Virus record (IMG/VR): IMGVR_UViG_3300035326_000449
Location: 4,280-68,279 of that record
Reading direction: 5' to 3' (one strand)
DNA length: 64,000 nucleotides
Source: a virus
Both the position numbers and the translations under genes were made by a program. Numbering within the stretch: the first letter of the stretch is position 1; every line of letters begins with the position of its first letter. This document shows, piece by piece, positions 57,775 through 64,000 of the stretch. The notes beneath the pieces are model-generated. The model was not told where the DNA came from and ran no database searches. It worked only from the letters and a program-made list of their open reading frames with translations.

Positions 57775-59438
57775 TGTTCTATGTTTAGTAATCTAATAGC
57801 TTTGTTGATGGTCTTTTCCTCAGTGCTTGTCTTAGATCCGGTCACAAGAGCCGACTCCCCACGCTCCCGGTTGATTATGTCATACATATCTTCATCGAAA
57901 GTGTCCTGCCCCAAGAGGTATGTGCAGTTAACGACATTCTTCTGACCATTTCGGTATGCCCGGCACTCACATTGGTCGCAGTCGGCCGCAGTCCACGGAA
58001 ATTCCACAAAGAGCACATTTGACGCGGCGGTCAGGGTTATCCCGACTCCGCCACTCTTTATGTTCAGGACTATCAGCCGACACTCCGGGTCATTCTGAAA
58101 CTTATCGACTGACTTCTGCTTCTGATCCTGGTTATCATCGCCAGTCACCGTTACTGCATCACGGAAAGACTTCTTGATTTTTGCCACGACTGATTTATGA
58201 GCCGCAAACACAATGAGCTTCTGGCCGGCATCGAGGATATCCTTTATGAAAGAGATTGCTTCCTCCATCTTGCCTTCGGCAGATAGCCTGCGGAGCACTC
58301 CGATCTTTACGATGGCTTCACTTCTTATAGCCGCCTTAATCTTTTCATCATCGCATTGAGTGTATTCTTGCAGATAGCCCCGCAAGTCATTCTCTGCTGA
58401 TTCATACTCCTTGCGGTTCGTGATCTCAATAATTCGATATTGACGGATCATATCAGGGAGTTCCTTCAAGACGAGAGATTTGTCCCTACGGAAATAGCAG
58501 GTCTGCCATAGACGGTAGTTAAGTTCACTAAGCATTACTGGGCTGACATTCTTTCCTCCATAGCGGGCGATGAACTTCCTGACCCCTCCGAAGTCCTCAA
58601 GGCGTTCCATTATCCGTAGCTGCTGAACGAGATCCTTTGTTCGGGTAACCATAGGAGTACCGGTGAGCATGAAGATGTATTCCTTATTCTGGCATATACG
58701 CTCAAGGTATTTAGACCACTTTGTGGATTTCTCCTTGCATCGATGGCACTCATCCACAATTACTGACTTGAACATAGCCGCCCTACGGTCAAGCATTATG
58801 CTTTTGGTCGTAACCCTCTTTCCGATATTGCCACGAATGAAAAACTTCTTCAGGCTCTCATAATTCGTGATGAATATATTGCAGATTCCGGTGACGAACA
58901 TCTGATGCCAGTCATTGCGGTTGTTGTCGTCGAGAATGATAGCCTTCTTGCCTATGAACTTGAAAAACTCACGTTGCCACGTCACCTTCATAGCGGCAGG
59001 ACTCACAACAAGACAGGGATATGCCTTTGCTATTCCGATAGCCGCTATGCTCTGCATGGTCTTCCCCAGGCCCATATCATCACAATTAAACGTCCGCTTC
59101 TTCGACAGCATATACTGAATGCCCTTGCGCTGATAATCGTAAGGATTGACAAGCATCTTGAAAGACACCTCCAAATCCGGCATCTTGTCAGCAAGACCCT
59201 TTATGTCGTCGGCCGAGTCAAGGGATATAAAGTCTCGTGCCAGATTCCTACGCACCGCATACTCTCCGAATTCCCTGACAAACCGGGACTGAGAATGTGG
59301 AACAATCCAACAACCGCTTTTCTCATCGAAGGAAGCCATCGGAATTCTCCTGATGAAGTTGAGTAGAATCTGGCTATAATCGAAGCGAAGTTCATAACTA
59401 TCGCCCCGGTCAAGAACATATATCGTGTTATTGTTCAA
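57771..59438 (-). CDS. SNF2-family helicase (SMARCAL1/HARP-like)
   Basis: DDMGLGKT, VDECH, LTGTP, GGVGITL, QCECRAYRNGQ; probable TTG start overlapping the terS stop. Confidence 0.9.
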   Translation of the reverse strand: MNNNTIYVLDRGDSYELRFDYSQILLNFIRRIPMASFDEKSGCWIVPHSQSRFVREFGEYAVRRNLARDFISLDSADDIKGLADKMPDLEVSFKMLVNPYDYQRKGIQYMLSKKRTFNCDDMGLGKTMQSIAAIGIAKAYPCLVVSPAAMKVTWQREFFKFIGKKAIILDDNNRNDWHQMFVTGICNIFITNYESLKKFFIRGNIGKRVTTKSIMLDRRAAMFKSVIVDECHRCKEKSTKWSKYLERICQNKEYIFMLTGTPMVTRTKDLVQQLRIMERLEDFGGVRKFIARYGGKNVSPVMLSELNYRLWQTCYFRRDKSLVLKELPDMIRQYRIIEITNRKEYESAENDLRGYLQEYTQCDDEKIKAAIRSEAIVKIGVLRRLSAEGKMEEAISFIKDILDAGQKLIVFAAHKSVVAKIKKSFRDAVTVTGDDNQDQKQKSVDKFQNDPECRLIVLNIKSGGVGITLTAASNVLFVEFPWTAADCDQCECRAYRNGQKNVVNCTYLLGQDTFDEDMYDIINRERGESALVTGSKTSTEEKTINKAIRLLNIEQ

Positions 59439-59823
59439 TCGGCTTATCGCTCTTAATGACGTTAATGACTGCTGGGAGTTTATCTCCGCCTGTGGTAAGA
59501 TCCACACTGTTGCCAAAGCCCTCATCCTTACCAAGAGTCTGGAGCAGGTATATCAGCATCTTTGTGTCTGGACGCTCGATCCATCCCATAAGCTTTCCCT
59601 TTTCGATTCTGGGAATACCCATTGCTATAATCCTGGCGGTTTCAAGTGCCTTATCAAACACACGCTTGCGTGAATCCTTTACTACGTTTTCAAATTCCTC
59701 ATCGCCCTTGATCCACTTATAGATAGCCTGACGTGAAACTCCAAGCATACTGGCCACATCAGTCATGTTTCCCATGCAGGATTCAACGGCTTTCTCAAAT
59801 TCTCCTATTGATGGCTTTTTCAT
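59428..59823 (-). CDS. Putative terminase small subunit
   Basis: N-terminal HTH (GNMTDVASMLGVSRQAIYKW), LIYLLQTLGKDEG, VDLTTGG. Confidence 0.75.
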   Translation of the reverse strand: MKKPSIGEFEKAVESCMGNMTDVASMLGVSRQAIYKWIKGDEEFENVVKDSRKRVFDKALETARIIAMGIPRIEKGKLMGWIERPDTKMLIYLLQTLGKDEGFGNSVDLTTGGDKLPAVINVIKSDKPIEQ

Positions 59824-60308
59824 GTGTCAAATAAATCAAGAGTGTTTTGTTTTGATACATCTGAACGAGGATCCCCCGGATACGGCTCGTGCAGGCCTTT
59901 TGCAAGCATAGACGCGAATTGCCAGTTCCGGCAAGTGTGGTAATCCTTTCTCCGGGAAAGCGGATTGGACCAGTCGATGAAACGAGTGCTGATCTCAAGC
60001 CGTCGGGCATTGACAATCTTCAACCTGCAAAAATCGTTGTCGATAATAATCTCCTGGCCAGCCGCCGGGACGAAAGCAACATGAAGATTGTGTCTCCATA
60101 TGCGATCGTAGGCCACACCGCAGAGATAGTACACTGGTGCATCCCTGAGTTCAAGATTGTAGATGGATCGCATATAAGCTTTGATCCTTTCCTCATACTC
60201 CCCCAGGAGACACCGGGCGCAGTGAACCGAAAGATTGGTGCCTGTGACGTATTTCAACCACAGGTACTTGTACATCCTATCCGTGTAGAAGTATTCAATT
60301 TTAACCAT
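59820..60308 (-). CDS. Cys/His-motif protein, paralog of 45992-46498
   Basis: LWLKYV...HCARCL...YLCGVA...HNLH...YHTCR. Confidence 0.7.
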   Translation of the reverse strand: MVKIEYFYTDRMYKYLWLKYVTGTNLSVHCARCLLGEYEERIKAYMRSIYNLELRDAPVYYLCGVAYDRIWRHNLHVAFVPAAGQEIIIDNDFCRLKIVNARRLEISTRFIDWSNPLSRRKDYHTCRNWQFASMLAKGLHEPYPGDPRSDVSKQNTLDLFDT

Positions 60309-60345
60309 TTTTCTTTCGTTGGTGTTAATTCATTATTTGCCTTAG

Positions 60346-60377
60346 CAAATATAAGAAAAAATTATCATATATACAAA
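60346..60377 (-). promoter_or_regulatory. sigmaA-type promoter, copy 12 (terS-helicase-terL operon)
   Basis: TTTG-N20-TATATTTG with TGATAA in spacer. Confidence 0.7.
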
Positions 60378-60396
60378 TTTTTCCTACATTCAATTT

Positions 60397-61761
60397 CTAT
60401 ATCTCAGGGTAGCCGAACAAACGCCTGATGTCATTGTGGCGACCATAGCGGCGGTTGTTGGGGAGCTTCATATTGAACTCGAAATCTATAGCTTCCATAT
60501 AGGCTTCATCTGGAAGTTCTTTTACTTTCATTGCTCCAATCTTCCACATCTTGCCGTCGTCTTTCCGGGTGAACACATCGAAGCCAAAACGCTCAACAAT
60601 ACGGTCTATGTCATCCGGAGAGTGGAATTTCTGGTAGTACCATTGCCCCTGAGTCATTTTTGCAGTCAGACCATTCTCATCAAGGAAACGGGCATCATAC
60701 TCGCAATTCTTTGTAGCCTTCTTGAAGTTACGCTTTTCATAGACCGACTTCATGCTCCGGCCGCAGAAGAATATAGAACCGCCCAACTTGCAGAAAAGAA
60801 GAAGGCATCCGAGAACTGAATCCTCAGCCTTCTGGGAATTGACGCTGTTGAGGACCGAGTCGCAGATCACATAATCGAAGAGACCATACTTCTGGACGTG
60901 AGCAATGAGATTGTCTATCATTTCATTTCCCTTCTCCACGCTGATGCCTACACGGTTATGGTTGAAGAATTCCAAGCCTACGGAATGACGGTAGCCCAGG
61001 ACCTGCTTCATGTGAGTAATGCTGAACGCCTTGCCACATCCGAAGTCAAAAATGTGAAGATTACGATTGTTCTCAGCCGTGATAAACGGCAAAGCCATCC
61101 GATAGATCTGGCTATGCTCGAATGTATTGTTAGTCATCTGAGCGCGTCCTTGCACGAAATCCGCACGTTCTATGTGGTCGTAACTGAAAAAGCCATAGCT
61201 CTTCTTGAAGTAGTAGTCGAACATCATTCTCTTTGACGGATCAAGAGAATACACATGGCACGGGATATTCAGGCACTGACAGGCCCGAATATAATTGTTC
61301 CCGAACACCACCTCATTGCCACAAACGATAGCGCAGAGGGCATCGCCATACTCCGTTATCAGCTTGCAGTTATCCTTGACGAAACTTGCCATCGCTGTGG
61401 AGACATCGAAATTAGATGCAGGCACCGCTTCGTGGAATTCGCCGTCGGCAAGATGAATAAGACATTTCCCATGTTCCTCCGGCTCGTTCTCGATGCCGTT
61501 GTGAACCTGGTTGAAAAGGATCTCCGCTTCAAGAGACACCCCATCGACAAAGTATGCCGGCACTTCGGTGATTCCTACCGCCGTGCTTGCTTTTGTTCGC
61601 TGGTGGCCGGCAACGATAGTCATGTTGCGCTTGTTTATGATTATCGGCAGAATAAAGCCAAGAGTCTTCAGGGAACCCTGCAATTCCGAGAAAGACTCTT
61701 CCGTGATTCGTCTTGGGTTGTAGGACGCAGGCTTAATGTCCGAGATTTTAACTGTTTCCAT
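60397..61761 (-). CDS. ParB/Srx-domain protein fused to a class I SAM-dependent methyltransferase
   Basis: YNPRRI...IVAGHQR; possible second degenerate ParB repeat; IFDFGCGK SAM motif; CDSVLNSV. Confidence 0.8.
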   Translation of the reverse strand: METVKISDIKPASYNPRRITEESFSELQGSLKTLGFILPIIINKRNMTIVAGHQRTKASTAVGITEVPAYFVDGVSLEAEILFNQVHNGIENEPEEHGKCLIHLADGEFHEAVPASNFDVSTAMASFVKDNCKLITEYGDALCAIVCGNEVVFGNNYIRACQCLNIPCHVYSLDPSKRMMFDYYFKKSYGFFSYDHIERADFVQGRAQMTNNTFEHSQIYRMALPFITAENNRNLHIFDFGCGKAFSITHMKQVLGYRHSVGLEFFNHNRVGISVEKGNEMIDNLIAHVQKYGLFDYVICDSVLNSVNSQKAEDSVLGCLLLFCKLGGSIFFCGRSMKSVYEKRNFKKATKNCEYDARFLDENGLTAKMTQGQWYYQKFHSPDDIDRIVERFGFDVFTRKDDGKMWKIGAMKVKELPDEAYMEAIDFEFNMKLPNNRRYGRHNDIRRLFGYPEI

Positions 61762-61764
61762 ATC

Positions 61765-62442
61765 TTATTGCTTTTGGAAGATTGAACGAATGAACCCGAA
61801 ATCAACGCCAGTTTCCTGAACGTATTCCTCGTATCTCTCTACAAGACGGTCATATTCCTCACGCGTTACCGCTATTGTGCTACGACCGAATTTGAGGGTG
61901 TTGACCTTTCTGCCCTGTCCCATACCGTTGACATACTTCGTAACGAGGGTATCATCTTCGGTCGGATCATAGAAAAGACCTTCATCGAAGCCGAAATTGA
62001 TAAGACCTATTTCATCGAAAAGCAGAGGGAGCTTGTTGTAGTCGAATTCTCCGAACTCATTATTGTCCTTTATGATGAGCTCCTTTTCTTCTTCTTCGGT
62101 CAGATCCTCCGCAACGGTAACTTCGACAAGGGGATTCTCCACCCACTTTTTCCAGTATTCTATAATCTGGTCCTTGACTGCTTCGGTATAGGACATCCAC
62201 TTCTCATTCTCCTGCAACACAAGCATCCAGTCAATAGACGGAGAATTAAGAATCTCAAGCAACGTGGCCACGCGCTGATTGCCTGCAAGGATGACGTTCT
62301 CTTTATTGACAATGATGTCACGGTAGTAGAGCATCTTCGGGAACAGCATGATGCTCTGCTGAAGACGGCGCTTGTTGGGGGTGCTGATCTTCCGGGGATT
62401 GATCGGATTGATTACCAAATCTTTTACTGACAGCTTACTCAT
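61765..62442 (-). CDS. ParB/Srx N-terminal-domain protein
   Basis: NPINPRKI...ILAGNQR...IIKDNNEFGEFD. Confidence 0.75.
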   Translation of the reverse strand: MSKLSVKDLVINPINPRKISTPNKRRLQQSIMLFPKMLYYRDIIVNKENVILAGNQRVATLLEILNSPSIDWMLVLQENEKWMSYTEAVKDQIIEYWKKWVENPLVEVTVAEDLTEEEEKELIIKDNNEFGEFDYNKLPLLFDEIGLINFGFDEGLFYDPTEDDTLVTKYVNGMGQGRKVNTLKFGRSTIAVTREEYDRLVERYEEYVQETGVDFGFIRSIFQKQ

Positions 62443-63119
62443 GATAGTATATGCATTAAAAAGCCATCGGTACCTCCGTCATGTTCGGCAAGATACTCGT
62501 CAAGGGCTTCGTTCAACATTGTAAGTTCCTCATCTGTGATTACGACCGACACATATCCGCATGAGAATTTCTGGCTTGTCGTGCGGACCTGTTCTATTGC
62601 GGAGTCGTTGATCTTGTCATCGTAGTCATAGAGATTCCAGGGCACTGACCCCATAATGTCATGGATCATTTCACGGTCAAAGTGCTGCTTCATCACGTTT
62701 ATATCATCCTCGCCATAGTGCATATTGTCCTTGACGAGCAATTCCTTCTTTTCTTCCGGAGTGAGACCTTCCACCGGGCGCGCCCAAGCCATAGGCTTCT
62801 TCTTCCATTTCTTCCAAAATTTCTGAATGGCGTCCTGCTGCTTCGCTGACGCCATACGGTACTTCTTCTGGTTGAACATGGCTTCGACAATTTCCTCATC
62901 ATTCATCCCCACGATCTTTTTCAGGCAATAGGCCCTCTGATTACCGCCGAGAGCCACATTATCCTCGTCGATGAGGATGGGGCGTAACTGTAACATTTTG
63001 GGAAATATGAGGATGCTCTCTATAAGTTTACCCTCCGCAAATTCGCTCAATTCACGGGGGTTAATCGGGTTGATTACCACGTCATCAACCGGTATTTGCT
63101 TGTCGGGTAATTCTCTCAT
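62439..63119 (-). CDS. ParB/Srx N-terminal-domain protein, paralog of neighbour
   Basis: NPINPREL...LRPILID...LGGNQR...LVKDNMHYGEDD; likely start MRELPDK. Confidence 0.75.
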   Translation of the reverse strand: MRELPDKQIPVDDVVINPINPRELSEFAEGKLIESILIFPKMLQLRPILIDEDNVALGGNQRAYCLKKIVGMNDEEIVEAMFNQKKYRMASAKQQDAIQKFWKKWKKKPMAWARPVEGLTPEEKKELLVKDNMHYGEDDINVMKQHFDREMIHDIMGSVPWNLYDYDDKINDSAIEQVRTTSQKFSCGYVSVVITDEELTMLNEALDEYLAEHDGGTDGFLMHILS

Positions 63120-63142
63120 AAATCTATATCGTAATTTATTGG

Positions 63143-63174
63143 CAAAGATAATCAAAAATAATCAAATCTACAAA
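63143..63174 (-). promoter_or_regulatory. sigmaA-type promoter, copy 13 (ParB/MTase operon)
   Basis: TTTG-N20-TATCTTTG with TGATTA boxes. Confidence 0.7.
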
Positions 63175-63365
63175 TATTTACGACATAACATATCTACAAT
63201 CAAGCACTTTATTGTCATTTCCATTTGCATATCTCATCAAAAATGATTATCTTTGCATTGAGATTTTAATTACCATATTCCGAAAATCCACCCGTTCTGG
63301 GTGGTTGTCTTGGGATTAGGTGTTAATTTCTTATTTGCATATAAGCGAGTCAGCCCGTGAGGGTG

Positions 63366-63635
63366 TCACTCGCTTTCTTTTTTTCTCGCGCCGGAACCCC
63401 ATATATGAGGGTCAGCCATCGCATCGAAATTGTAGTGGCCGCACGTCTTGGCAAGGTTAGCGGTCAAGCCTGATTCCCGCTTGTGGGAGTCCAGATATTC
63501 CTTGCGTATCTTGCAGATTTCCTCATTCTTGCAATAGCCACAGCACTGATAGTCGATTCCTTCTAACATCTTCTTCTGAAATATTTGCACCACAGGTATG
63601 GCAACCACAACTTGATCTTCAATCTCAAAGGACAT
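63366..63635 (-). CDS. Cys-rich small hypothetical protein
   Basis: CCGYC...C...CGH. Confidence 0.55.
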   Translation of the reverse strand: MSFEIEDQVVVAIPVVQIFQKKMLEGIDYQCCGYCKNEEICKIRKEYLDSHKRESGLTANLAKTCGHYNFDAMADPHIWGSGARKKESE

Positions 63636-64000
63636 TTCACGGATTTGGCATAGAAGTATGACCGGGAATATGGTCCGTCAAGGACACAAGGGTTCGGATG
63701 ATGTCTATACCCCAAGGCTTCCATTTGCTTGACGCTCTCCGCAGCAACTGCAATTGAGGGCACCGCCTTGTTATGGCCGCAACAACTCGCCATGGTCTTG
63801 ACTCCCTTTGAAAGCAAGGAAATGACCTCATCAGCGATACAGGCATCTACCCATATCGGATGTGGCAGATTCTTGTGTTGGATCTGTATCTGATTCTCAA
63901 ATGATCCTAATTGAACGTTCTTACAATTACAATGATTCGGTAAAATTTGAGGTTGTTCAGCCTTGGCTAAGCCGCTAACTGAGCCAACCGATGATTTATT

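Noticed and set aside
60397-61785. A second DGR variable region nested in or antisense to the methyltransferase gene
   Set aside because: I found no TR-like sequence here or elsewhere by eye; the + strand ORFs look like shadows. A computational search of the TR against the full genome is still needed.
541-63246. Most + strand ORFs in the track
   Set aside because: They are antisense shadows of well-supported minus-strand genes; only 28841-29065 and 45992-46498 have independent support.
1-64000. Integrase, att sites, tRNA or rRNA genes
   Set aside because: None recognised; a temperate lifestyle is only suggested by the antirepressor loci and operator-like boxes.

Overview
A 64-kb segment of a large Bacteroidota (probably Bacteroidales) tailed phage or prophage, almost all encoded on the minus strand. 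It carries a lysis cassette led by a phage metK, a dUTPase, Rha and BRO antirepressor loci, a putative iteron origin, and two virion blocks: head/tail tube/fibres at 11.8-28.7 kb and terminase/tail/tape measure at 46.7-57.3 kb. About 17 kb of small early genes separate the two blocks, and a ParB-domain/methyltransferase cluster sits beside the small terminase. The main system is a diversity-generating retroelement. Its TR (17744-17851) and VR (18059-18166) differ only at TR adenines, its reverse transcriptase is encoded in three overlapping frames joined by two look-alike +1 junctions, an extra domain is fused to the last piece, and no avd gene is visible. A regulatory code can be read from the DNA: 13 sigmaA-type promoters with a shared TGATAA box, three putative late promoters with a TGAAC-N6-GTTCA palindrome exactly 44 nt from the -7 box (one drives metK plus lysis), and two c4/CI-like RNA leaders. 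Product calls come from recognising motifs by eye; no searches were run.
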